Origin: Bacteroidota bacterium
GTDB lineage: Bacteria > Bacteroidota > Bacteroidia > UBA7662 > CANHCV01
DNA length: 64,000 nt
NCBI GenBank assembly: GCA_947501265.1
Contig: CANMVY010000002.1
Location: 226,859 to 290,858 of the forward strand
Direction of reading: 5' to 3'
Below, piece by piece: positions 19,432 to 28,412 of this stretch. The number at the start of each line of letters is the position of its first letter. The first letter of the stretch is position 1. Below the pieces are notes generated by a model. It was not told the origin of the DNA. It saw only the letters and a program-made list of their open reading frames with translations, and made no database searches. Position numbers and translations under genes: made by a program.

Positions 19432-20291
19432 AAAATATTGAGCACTTGTTCTTTAATCTTCTCCAGTTCATTCTTCATTTCAACCACTTTTTGTTGAATT
19501 CCAAAATGGTTTGCTTTGGAACCTAAAGTATTGATCTCGCGTCCCATTTCTTGAGCAATAAAACCCAGTTTTCGGCCGGCTTGTGCCTCATTCATGCTTT
19601 CTTGGAAGAAATTTATATGTTGGTTCAATCGCTGTTTTTCCTCAGAAACATCCAATTTCTCGAGGTAATAAATCAGTTCTTGTTCAAATCGGTCATGGTC
19701 AAACGCTGCTTTGGTCATGCGCTCCTTCACCCAAATTTCGAATTTTTCTTTCATCAAGGCGATGCGTTCGGCATCCAATTCTTGAATTTGATTTAAATTG
19801 GATTGAATTTCTCGAACACTGTTTGTAATGGCCTTCTGGGTTTCCAATCCTTCTTGGAAACGAAATTGATTCAAGGAATCGCATGCTTGATGAACTGCCA
19901 ATATGAATTCCCGTTCATCCTCTTCATCGGAAGCGGTTTGCCCAGAAAAAACTTCCGGCATTCGGGAAATGATGCTTAAGTAATCGACCTCCTTCAACGA
20001 ATGCCCATCAACAAATTCTTTTAACTGATTTAAATAACTGTTTGCCAATTCTTTATTTAACCTCACTTCAAGGTTTGAATCAGATTCAAGATGAATCGAG
20101 CAAGTAATTTTTCCACGTTGATTTTTGGCAGAAATGGCTTGCCGAACGTTGGCTTCTACATGAGAAAATTCCTTAGGCAAGCGAATGTTCAAGTCGAGTT
20201 GCTTGCTGTTGAGCGCCCTCAACTCAATCGTTACTTTTCCCAATTTCGTTTGGGCGCTCGCAGAACCGAACCCGGTCATGGATTGCATCAT
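19428..20291 (-). CDS. YicC/YloC family stress-induced protein
   Basis: 287 aa with an MTGFG N-terminus and a C-terminal coiled region typical of YicC. Confidence 0.85.
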   Translation of the reverse strand: MMQSMTGFGSASAQTKLGKVTIELRALNSKQLDLNIRLPKEFSHVEANVRQAISAKNQRGKITCSIHLESDSNLEVRLNKELANSYLNQLKEFVDGHSLKEVDYLSIISRMPEVFSGQTASDEEDEREFILAVHQACDSLNQFRFQEGLETQKAITNSVREIQSNLNQIQELDAERIALMKEKFEIWVKERMTKAAFDHDRFEQELIYYLEKLDVSEEKQRLNQHINFFQESMNEAQAGRKLGFIAQEMGREINTLGSKANHFGIQQKVVEMKNELEKIKEQVLNIL

Positions 20292-20818
20292 AGGTTTTCA
20301 GTTTTTGGCGAAAACAATTCTTTCAATTCGGGCGCATCTTCCGGCTTGATTTTCCCAGCAATCAACAAACGAAGTTGCCTTCTTTTCAAAGCGTCTTCAA
20401 AACGGTGTTGATCCTCCTCGGTTTCAGGTTGGATGGGTGGCACGGCAATGGGAGTTCCCAGTTGATCTACAGCAACAAAGGTGTAATATGCTTCGTTGCA
20501 TTTTACCTTTCTTCGGGTGGGGATGTTTTCACAGGTTACGCGAATAAAAACTTCCATAGAAGAAGTAAAAGCTCGAGTTACCCAAGCTTCAAGGGTAACC
20601 ACATCGCCCAATTTCACGGGCTCTTTAAAAGAAACCGAATCAACCGAAGCGGTAACCACCACTCGACCGGAATGTTTCTGGGCGGCGATGGCAGCACAAA
20701 TATCCATAAAATGCAACAAACGGCCGCCCATCAAGTTGTTTAACACGTTGGTGTCGTTCGGCAAAATCATTTCGTTCATCACCGTGAATGAATCGTTCGG
20801 TTTTTTGGGTGCCAGCAT
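20288..20818 (-). CDS. acyl-CoA thioesterase (hotdog fold)
   Basis: 176 aa with the hotdog-fold pattern (PNDTN...GG.L). Confidence 0.75.
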   Translation of the reverse strand: MLAPKKPNDSFTVMNEMILPNDTNVLNNLMGGRLLHFMDICAAIAAQKHSGRVVVTASVDSVSFKEPVKLGDVVTLEAWVTRAFTSSMEVFIRVTCENIPTRRKVKCNEAYYTFVAVDQLGTPIAVPPIQPETEEDQHRFEDALKRRQLRLLIAGKIKPEDAPELKELFSPKTENL

Positions 20819-20844
20819 TTTTTTGTATTTTGTGCAAAGTTACC

Positions 20845-21234
20845 ATGAAAAAGACGGAAAAAATCGCTTCCACCGAAACAGGACGTTCGGCGGAGGCATT
20901 TGCAGAAAATTACTTGCTGCAAAAAGGACATCTCATCCTTCAAAAAAACTTTCATTACTCTACCATTGCAGAAATTGATCTTGTTTCAAAGGATCAGAAC
21001 ACCTTGGTTTTCACCGAAGTAAAATCGAGAAAACCATGGAAAAACGCCCACCCTGAAAAGGCTGTAAATTCGCTAAAGCAACGCAAAATATCCCAAGCCG
21101 CGCGACACTATTTGCGAAAATTTCCTCATCCCGATGAAATTCGTTTTGATGTCATTTCCATCATTACTCATCCTGAAAAAGAGTGGGAATTGGAACATTT
21201 TGAACACGCTTTTGTGCCCGTTGAATATTATTGA
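20845..21234 (+). CDS. YraN family (UPF0102) putative endonuclease
   Basis: GRSAEAFAENYL...EIDLV...LVFTEVKSR is the YraN signature. The true start is the internal Met, not the ORF-track start at 20788. Confidence 0.75.
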   Translation: MKKTEKIASTETGRSAEAFAENYLLQKGHLILQKNFHYSTIAEIDLVSKDQNTLVFTEVKSRKPWKNAHPEKAVNSLKQRKISQAARHYLRKFPHPDEIRFDVISIITHPEKEWELEHFEHAFVPVEYY

Positions 21235-21251
21235 ATATCTTGCACGTTGGT

Positions 21252-23147
21252 ATGGTACTAACGGTAGTCATTGTTAATTACAACGTCAAATTCTTTCTAG
21301 AGCAGTGCTTGAGAAGCGTTTTTGCTGCTACCCAAGATTTGGAAGCCGAAGTTTATGTGGTGGATAACAATTCCTCGGATGGATCGGCAGAATGGATTAA
21401 GAACCAATTCCCTCAAGTTAAACTCATTGAAAATCAGGAGAACGTAGGATTTTCCAAAGCTAACAATCAAGCCATTCGATTGGCGAAGGGCGATTGGGTG
21501 TTATTGCTTAATCCCGATACGATTGTTCCAGAAAATTGTTTCAATGACATTTTAGACTACTGCCAAAATCACCCTAAATTGGGTGGCCTTGGAGTAAAAA
21601 TGTTGGATGGCTCAGGCGTTTATTTGCCTGAATCCAAGCGTGGACTACCTACGCCCGAGGTTGCAGTCTATAAAATGACAGGACTCTCCAAATTATTTGC
21701 AAAAAATCCTCGTTTTGGGGCCTATTACCACGGAAATTTATCGGAAAATGAGCCCCAAAAAGTAGAGGTTTTGGCAGGTGCTTTCATGTGGATGAGAAAA
21801 TCAGTCCTGGATGAAATAGGTTTATTGGATGAAACCTATTTCATGTACGGTGAAGATATCGATTTGTCGCATCGCATTCGATTAGCGGGTTACGAAAACC
21901 ACTATTTCCCCTTCGCTCCCATCATTCACTACAAAGGAGAAAGCACTCGGAAAGAGAGTTACAGTTATGTGAAGGCTTTTTATGGCGCCATGATTATTTT
22001 CGCTAGGAAGTACTTTACCAAGGGGCAGGCATTCCTTCTTTCAACGTTGCTTTATCCGGCCATCATTGGCAAAGCCGTTTGGGCCTATTTATCGCACCGA
22101 ATTCAAAAAAGCTTGCTTCCTTTGTTCGATTTTTCACTCCTCTGGACTCTTTTTTATTTATTGGAGGGATATTGGGAGCGAAACATCAAAGAAATGGATG
22201 GGGTTCGCTATCCCGATATTTTTCTGTTTGGATTTGTTCCGGCCTACATTTTTGTTTGGTTGCTATCGATGTATCTTTCTGGAGGATACGACCGGCCGTT
22301 TAAACCTTGGAAATTGCTTCGAGGATTGGCCCTTGGCACAACCATCACTTTAGCTGCCTACGGCTTATTGGATGAGTCGGTTCGTTTTTCCAGAGGAATG
22401 TTATTGGTTGGAGCACTCCTCGGAGGCATTGGCCTGATTGGTTTTCGTTGGATCTTAATCAAAGTTGGTCTAGGCCAATGGAAAAACGATTCTCAAACCG
22501 ACTTAAGAACCATCATTATTGGCTCAGAAACAGAAGTTGAACGCGTATTAGGGCTGCTTCAAAAAGCCAATTCATCCATTCGATTCTTAGGTTCTATAGA
22601 TCCATCGTCTGCAAATAAAGGCTTAGGTGATATCCTTGAGCTTCCGAAAATTGCATCAGACTTACAACTGGAGCAAATTATTTTTTGCGGTGCATCCCTT
22701 TCCAATACCAGCATCATTCAAAACATGGAACAATTGAAAAGGAAATACTTCTTCAAAATTGTTCCCAAAGAAAGCTCATTTCTCATTGGCTCACAATCTG
22801 TTGAAACACCCGGGGTGTTGTACAGCAAAGATTTCAATTTGGCTTATTTCTCGCCTTCAAATCAACGAAATAAACGAATTTTAGACTTATTGATTTGCCT
22901 TTTCTTCCTTTTCACTTTCCCTTATTTTCTAATTTCGAAGAGAAGAAACATCATTTTCGCCAACCTGCTTTCCGTTTTCCTTGGGAGGAAAAACTGGGTA
23001 GGTGTTCCGATTCCCAATCCAGGAAAAAACAAAAATTACGTTTTCAACTATTCCGAAAGCAATTTTGAAAAAATTGAGGAATCTTTAAAAAACGAGTATT
23101 TGAGGCATTGGAATTCAAAAATGGATATCAAAAGACTGGTGCGCTAA
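21252..23147 (+). CDS. family 2 glycosyltransferase fused to a large C-terminal polytopic membrane domain
   Basis: The N-terminal GT2 Rossmann region runs VVIVNYN...VVDNNSSDGS...ED.D. The C-terminal roughly 380 aa hold multiple TM helices with KRILDLL..FPYFLI and L..FLGRKNWVGVP motifs. The start could be 21231. Confidence 0.75.
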   Translation: MVLTVVIVNYNVKFFLEQCLRSVFAATQDLEAEVYVVDNNSSDGSAEWIKNQFPQVKLIENQENVGFSKANNQAIRLAKGDWVLLLNPDTIVPENCFNDILDYCQNHPKLGGLGVKMLDGSGVYLPESKRGLPTPEVAVYKMTGLSKLFAKNPRFGAYYHGNLSENEPQKVEVLAGAFMWMRKSVLDEIGLLDETYFMYGEDIDLSHRIRLAGYENHYFPFAPIIHYKGESTRKESYSYVKAFYGAMIIFARKYFTKGQAFLLSTLLYPAIIGKAVWAYLSHRIQKSLLPLFDFSLLWTLFYLLEGYWERNIKEMDGVRYPDIFLFGFVPAYIFVWLLSMYLSGGYDRPFKPWKLLRGLALGTTITLAAYGLLDESVRFSRGMLLVGALLGGIGLIGFRWILIKVGLGQWKNDSQTDLRTIIIGSETEVERVLGLLQKANSSIRFLGSIDPSSANKGLGDILELPKIASDLQLEQIIFCGASLSNTSIIQNMEQLKRKYFFKIVPKESSFLIGSQSVETPGVLYSKDFNLAYFSPSNQRNKRILDLLICLFFLFTFPYFLISKRRNIIFANLLSVFLGRKNWVGVPIPNPGKNKNYVFNYSESNFEKIEESLKNEYLRHWNSKMDIKRLVR

Positions 23148-23214
23148 TTTCAACATTGTTGAAAAGACGTTGTTCAATTGTCCATTTTAGGAGAATTTTA
23201 ACGTCTACTAACTG

Positions 23215-24387
23215 ATGGCTTATTGGTTAAATGCACGTTGTGCTCGTTCTTGTGGTATGCTTTGTAGATTCTTTTTACTTCTTTGCGCTTTTTGCTTATC
23301 TCTATTCAGTTTTGCGGGAGATCCACCTGTTCCGTTGCAACCGGAGACCATTTATTTAAATTCGCTTCAACCCTTCGACTCTGCCACGCATCAAAAAATT
23401 GATCAATATTTCAAGCGATTGCACCAGTCGGGGCATTTCAATGGAAGTGTTGTTTTGTTTAATGATGGGCAAGTATTTTGGAATTCTTACGGTGTTCGCG
23501 ATTGGAGAACGTTGGATTCGTTGAATTTAAACACCTCCTTTCAATTGGCATCGGTGAGTAAAACCATTACTTCTTCGGCAGTGATGATCTTGGTAGAACG
23601 TGGGATTATTTCGCTTTCCGATACTTTACCTCAGTTTTTCCCTGGAATCCCCTACCCTAAAGTTACCGTAGAAATGCTTCTCAATCACCGAAGTGGCTTA
23701 CCTGATTACCTGAATTTCCTTCCGAAAACCTACAACGGAGGCGAGCCGATCACCAACGAACAATTGGTTCAGTACATGGTTGAGAAAAAACCTGCTCCCT
23801 ATACCAAACCCGGTCAATTTTTCCGATACAACAATACCAATTACGCATTATTGGCTTGCATTGTTGAGCAAGTTACCCAAGCGCCATTTGAAGATTTTGT
23901 AGATCAGGAAATTTTTGAGCCCATTGGCATGTACAATTCTTTCATTTTCAGGAATGGATATGCACCGAGGACCGAAAATTCAGCCATCGGATTCAGTGGA
24001 AAATATGCCCGAAACGATAAATTGATTGATGGAATTGTTGGAGACAAAGGAATTTATGCATCAGCACTTGATTTGTTGAAATTCCACGTTGCCTTGGAAA
24101 ACAATTTTTTATTATCGGATTCGATTCAGCGAAAAATGTACTCAGGAAGTCCGGAAATGAAAGGCATAAAAGACTACGGTTTGGGATGGAGACTATTTAA
24201 AGATGGCAGTGGGATTGTTTATCACCGCGGATGGTGGAACGGCTTTAAGAATAATTTTCTCCGAATTCCCAAAAGAAATGCCTGCGTTATTGTATTAAGT
24301 AACAACGACCAAACTCGCCCCATGGACATGGCCCAAATGTTTCGATTGATGGGTATAGATATTAGCGAACGAGAATTTGATTTTTAA
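23215..24387 (+). CDS. serine hydrolase (class C beta-lactamase / PBP4-like family)
   Basis: SxxK (SVSK), YxN (YNNTNY) and a C-terminal HRGWWNG-like region. The N-terminus is hydrophobic. Confidence 0.8.
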   Translation: MAYWLNARCARSCGMLCRFFLLLCAFCLSLFSFAGDPPVPLQPETIYLNSLQPFDSATHQKIDQYFKRLHQSGHFNGSVVLFNDGQVFWNSYGVRDWRTLDSLNLNTSFQLASVSKTITSSAVMILVERGIISLSDTLPQFFPGIPYPKVTVEMLLNHRSGLPDYLNFLPKTYNGGEPITNEQLVQYMVEKKPAPYTKPGQFFRYNNTNYALLACIVEQVTQAPFEDFVDQEIFEPIGMYNSFIFRNGYAPRTENSAIGFSGKYARNDKLIDGIVGDKGIYASALDLLKFHVALENNFLLSDSIQRKMYSGSPEMKGIKDYGLGWRLFKDGSGIVYHRGWWNGFKNNFLRIPKRNACVIVLSNNDQTRPMDMAQMFRLMGIDISEREFDF

Positions 24388-26324
24388 TGATTCAGCTTCA
24401 ACCCGTTTTTCTAACCGAAACCCGAATGGGGAAATACCGAAGATTTCGGGAGATGTTAGGATTTTTGCATTTAGGTGTCAACGCTGAATTGCAGTGGGAA
24501 AAAATTGTTCACGAAATTGAAACCAACGCGTTTGCTAAGGATAAATTCCTCGAAATGATGCATTGGTTTTTGGACCATACCGAATTTCAATGGGCATTTG
24601 CTCAAAATGGAATTCTGGGATACGAAGGATTTTGGTCGGAATTGAACAAGCGCCTTGGCTCCAAAATTATTGCTCCCGTTTATTCGCCAAATTCCTTGGA
24701 CGATCACCTTTCGAAACTCATTTTGGCGAAAGATCGTGACGTAATTCGGTACGTTCTCCAACATGGAAATCTCAAAGAGTTGTTTCAAAAACTTGGTTTC
24801 TTTGATACTATTCCCGGTGGAACACGACTAAAAATGCGGGGTGAAATTCGCGATGCCATGATCATTTTAACCACTCGATTAGCTTCGGAAGGGCTATTGC
24901 CAGAAGTCATCGAGAAATTAAAGATTGAGAATGAAGTCCTATCTCCCATGGTACAATTGCAACACCAAATGCATCATTTTCTAACGGAAGAAGGACGAAC
25001 CGAGACCAACTATGTATTGGTTTGGGAAAAAATTGCTGAAGTAGAAATTCAACTAAAACAACTTCAACGGCACAAAGACCAGTTTGGAATTTCGTTAAGA
25101 ATGGCCTTTACTTTGAAGAGAATGGAATTGGAAATTATTCGAATTCGACAGCTACTTCTCATTTACCATCAACCCCAAGATCCCAATTCTCAAGAAGCCA
25201 TGTTTCTTTTGGTTCAAACGCTATTGAAAAACGAATTTGAAAAGAAACATATTCGACCCATGTTGGAAGATACGTTGAACGTTTTGGCCTACAAAATTGT
25301 TGAACAAACCTCTCGAAAGGGTGAGAATTTCATAGCAGTTGGCAGAAAAGCATGGTTTGCCATGCTGAAAGCTGCCATGGGAGGTGGATTTATTGTTTCC
25401 ATCATGGTTCTAACCAAAACCTTGCTTCATTTTCTTCATGCGCCTCCCCTAATTGAAGCATTGTTATTCAGTTTGAATTATGGACTTGGGTTTACAGTTG
25501 TGCAAACTTTTGGATTCACCATTGCCACCAAACAACCTTCCATGACGGCCAGTACCTTGGCAGGTGCCATCCGTAAAAACTCAAATCTTGAAAATATCAA
25601 GGTAGATTTCACCCGATTGGTGAAACGAATTTCGAGTACCCAAACGGTTGCCTTGATCGGCAACCTGTTGTTGGTAGGCCCATTTGCTTATTTGTGGGCT
25701 TATTTGTGGGAACTTCAAACAGGAAGCTCGTTATTAACCATAGAGGAAGCCGAAAAAACGCTCAAAAGCAACCATCCTTGGGAATCGGGGTTATTTTTCT
25801 ATGCCATTCTTACTGGCGTTTTTCTCATGCTGTCGGGTTTAATTGCCGGCTTCGTAGAAAATAAAATGAACTACGACCGATTGCCGGCAAGGATCAAAAA
25901 CAGTTTGGCTTTCAAGCAATTGTTCGGTGTTAAAAGAGCCATTAAGATTTCAAAATACATCGAAAATAACCTAAGCAATTTGGCCGGTAACTTCTCGCTA
26001 GGATTTTTCCTTGGAACTGCTTCTTTCTTTGGACTCATCCTCGGTCTTCCCATCGATATTCGACACGTCACCTTCGTTTTTGGAAATACTGGGGTTGCGT
26101 TTCAAAGCCTCGAGAACCAATTACCGAACAATTGGCAAATCTGGCATTTTATATTGGGAGTGATCGGTGTTGCTACCATCAATGTGGTTTTTAGCTTTGG
26201 ATTAAGCATGTTGGTAGCCGTTCGAAGTAGAGGAATCAAGTTCGGAGAAACACCAGGGCTTTTCCGACACGTTCTTTGGACCATGCTTAAAGAGCCTTGG
26301 TCGTTCATTCTTCCCAAAAAATAA
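24387..26324 (+). CDS. large membrane protein: about 330 aa cytoplasmic helical domain plus a 6-TM C-terminal domain, function unknown
   Basis: 645 aa with no catalytic motif I recognise. The C-terminal half carries about 6 predicted TM helices. Its start overlaps the upstream stop (ATGA). Confidence 0.5.
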   Translation: MIQLQPVFLTETRMGKYRRFREMLGFLHLGVNAELQWEKIVHEIETNAFAKDKFLEMMHWFLDHTEFQWAFAQNGILGYEGFWSELNKRLGSKIIAPVYSPNSLDDHLSKLILAKDRDVIRYVLQHGNLKELFQKLGFFDTIPGGTRLKMRGEIRDAMIILTTRLASEGLLPEVIEKLKIENEVLSPMVQLQHQMHHFLTEEGRTETNYVLVWEKIAEVEIQLKQLQRHKDQFGISLRMAFTLKRMELEIIRIRQLLLIYHQPQDPNSQEAMFLLVQTLLKNEFEKKHIRPMLEDTLNVLAYKIVEQTSRKGENFIAVGRKAWFAMLKAAMGGGFIVSIMVLTKTLLHFLHAPPLIEALLFSLNYGLGFTVVQTFGFTIATKQPSMTASTLAGAIRKNSNLENIKVDFTRLVKRISSTQTVALIGNLLLVGPFAYLWAYLWELQTGSSLLTIEEAEKTLKSNHPWESGLFFYAILTGVFLMLSGLIAGFVENKMNYDRLPARIKNSLAFKQLFGVKRAIKISKYIENNLSNLAGNFSLGFFLGTASFFGLILGLPIDIRHVTFVFGNTGVAFQSLENQLPNNWQIWHFILGVIGVATINVVFSFGLSMLVAVRSRGIKFGETPGLFRHVLWTMLKEPWSFILPKK

Positions 26325-26327
26325 TCG

Positions 26328-27563
26328 TTACTTCACCAACAAATCCCAATAAAACTTGGGTTTGCGCAATTGCTGACGGAGATTCACATCTTCAAACATG
26401 CAAATCAAGGTTTCTTTCAAAAGTGGACTTTTATTGGCTTTCCTCACCACAGCATTGAATAACCAGGGAAAATCCAACGATCGTTGAAGAAAGTCGCTTA
26501 CCCGTAATTCATCGCCCAAACTCCGGAAAACCCTTTGCTGGTACTTTTGAGGAAGCGATTCCCAAGATCCATTATTCCAACATTCCTGAATTAGCTCGGC
26601 GGCCATCCAACCCGACTTCATTCCATTTCCAATTCCTTCCCCGGTAAATGGGTCAATCAAAGCCGCTGCATCCCCCAACAGTAAAAAGCCATCCCCAGCA
26701 ATGGTTTGTTGCTTAGAGCCCATCGGCAATCCCCATCCTTTGGGCATTTCCAAGGCCTCGGCATGTTGAAAACGTTCTTTGAATTGAGGATGCTCTTCAA
26801 TAATGCGATCCAATTCTTTTTTCAAATTTACCTTTCCTTGGCTCACCCGATCGGATCGCATTCCCAAACCTACATTGCAGGTGCCATCAGACATGGGGAA
26901 AATCCAAAAATAACCAGGGAGTAAATCCTTCAAAAAATGGAGTTCAATGAAATTTTCAGAATGACATTGGGTAACGCCTTTCCAATATTGCCGAATTCCC
27001 GCTGAAAAATGTCGGGGCTCCTTTCGATATCCAGCTAGAAACTTTGCAACGAGGGATCTTTCACCTTCAGCTCCGATCACCCAATCTACCTCCAACGTTT
27101 CCCGTAATTCATCTTTCTTCAGTTCAAGAAGTACACCGGTTGAACTTTTTTGAATTCCAACCAAGGAAGTATTGGTGCGAATTTGAGCCAGGGGTGATTG
27201 CGCTTTCTGAAATAGGTAATGATCAAAATCCAACCTCTTGGAAACGAATCCAACCGGCAAATCATCTTCTTTTTTTTCTTTTTTGAAGGGGATATCGAGT
27301 CTTTTCTCATTAGGAGCGGTGAATGAAATTCCCCAAGTATCCGTAAATCCTGCTTTTCCTTGGAGGTTACTCACCGCCTGAGGATCCATTTTTCGAAGAA
27401 TATGCAATGCTTTCCCGCTGATGGCATCTCCGCATACTTTGTCGCGTGGAAATTCAGCGGCATCGATTAAAACATGGGGAATTTGAAATCGCGAAAGGAA
27501 AAACGAACACGTACTACCCGACGGACCAGCACCAATGATGGCTATCCGAGGGTGGGAGTTCAT
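26328..27563 (-). CDS. FAD-dependent oxidoreductase of the geranylgeranyl reductase family
   Basis: N-terminal IAIIGAGPSGS dinucleotide motif in a 411 aa protein with GGR-like conserved segments. Confidence 0.8.
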   Translation of the reverse strand: MNSHPRIAIIGAGPSGSTCSFFLSRFQIPHVLIDAAEFPRDKVCGDAISGKALHILRKMDPQAVSNLQGKAGFTDTWGISFTAPNEKRLDIPFKKEKKEDDLPVGFVSKRLDFDHYLFQKAQSPLAQIRTNTSLVGIQKSSTGVLLELKKDELRETLEVDWVIGAEGERSLVAKFLAGYRKEPRHFSAGIRQYWKGVTQCHSENFIELHFLKDLLPGYFWIFPMSDGTCNVGLGMRSDRVSQGKVNLKKELDRIIEEHPQFKERFQHAEALEMPKGWGLPMGSKQQTIAGDGFLLLGDAAALIDPFTGEGIGNGMKSGWMAAELIQECWNNGSWESLPQKYQQRVFRSLGDELRVSDFLQRSLDFPWLFNAVVRKANKSPLLKETLICMFEDVNLRQQLRKPKFYWDLLVK

Positions 27564-28411
27564 TTGATTTTGGCTTGAATGGCTTGAAGCACTTCGGTTT
27601 GTCCTGGACTGCTTCGGTGGACAAACACCACTAACTTTGCGTTTTCGGGTTTCACTTTAGCGGGAAGCTGTTCCTCGTACACTTTGGTAAAAACCCTTCC
27701 CGCAACTTGGTCGGGCAGGTTCAAAGGAGTACCTAAAGCGGGTGTAAACATGGTTCGCAATACGTGTTCTTGTTCGTAGGTCGCATTGTAGGTTCCATCG
27801 GGCATTTTTTGTTCAGCCTCAATTTTATCTTCTACAACCATTACACTTACATTCAATGCACCAGAAACGAGTTGGGTAAACTTACCTGTTATTGCAAACG
27901 TAACCGTTCGATTAGCGGTGTTGTACGAAATTTGACCTAAAGAAAGGTTGATGGGTGTTGGGGTGGTAAGTTGGCTATCGACCAGATTTTTCCAAAAAGG
28001 AAGGGCCACCAACAAGTTGGGTTGAGAATCGAATTTACGTCGATTGATCCCCGCGGAGGGCTGTGCTTGAAAACCCAAATAAGTAATGATATCTTCTCCA
28101 AACTGGTTTTTTAAGGTATCTTCTCCAGCTTTGTGAGGATTGGCAAGAAAACCGTTATGGATTCCAACTGCAACAATTCTATTTGGATAAATGGAATCAA
28201 ATAGTTTGATTGCAGCATCGCCTTTAGGACAATTGTTACACTGAACTCCGGTTGATTTTTCGACTAAAATACTTCTCAATTGAGGCGTTTCAACCGAACC
28301 AACATAGGTGGTGTCTTTTAAACTACCTTTTGATTGATCATAGGGAAGAGGAATTTCTGTACAAGAAGCAATACTTCCCAAAATAGCGAAACTAAAAAAG
28401 AACTTCTTCAT
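27560..28411 (-). CDS. lipoprotein with a CxxC motif (Omp28-related / thioredoxin-like)
   Basis: Lipobox IASCT and a CNNCP motif. It shares architecture with the ORF at 16270..17040. Confidence 0.5.
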   Translation of the reverse strand: MKKFFFSFAILGSIASCTEIPLPYDQSKGSLKDTTYVGSVETPQLRSILVEKSTGVQCNNCPKGDAAIKLFDSIYPNRIVAVGIHNGFLANPHKAGEDTLKNQFGEDIITYLGFQAQPSAGINRRKFDSQPNLLVALPFWKNLVDSQLTTPTPINLSLGQISYNTANRTVTFAITGKFTQLVSGALNVSVMVVEDKIEAEQKMPDGTYNATYEQEHVLRTMFTPALGTPLNLPDQVAGRVFTKVYEEQLPAKVKPENAKLVVFVHRSSPGQTEVLQAIQAKIK

Positions 28412-28412
28412 G

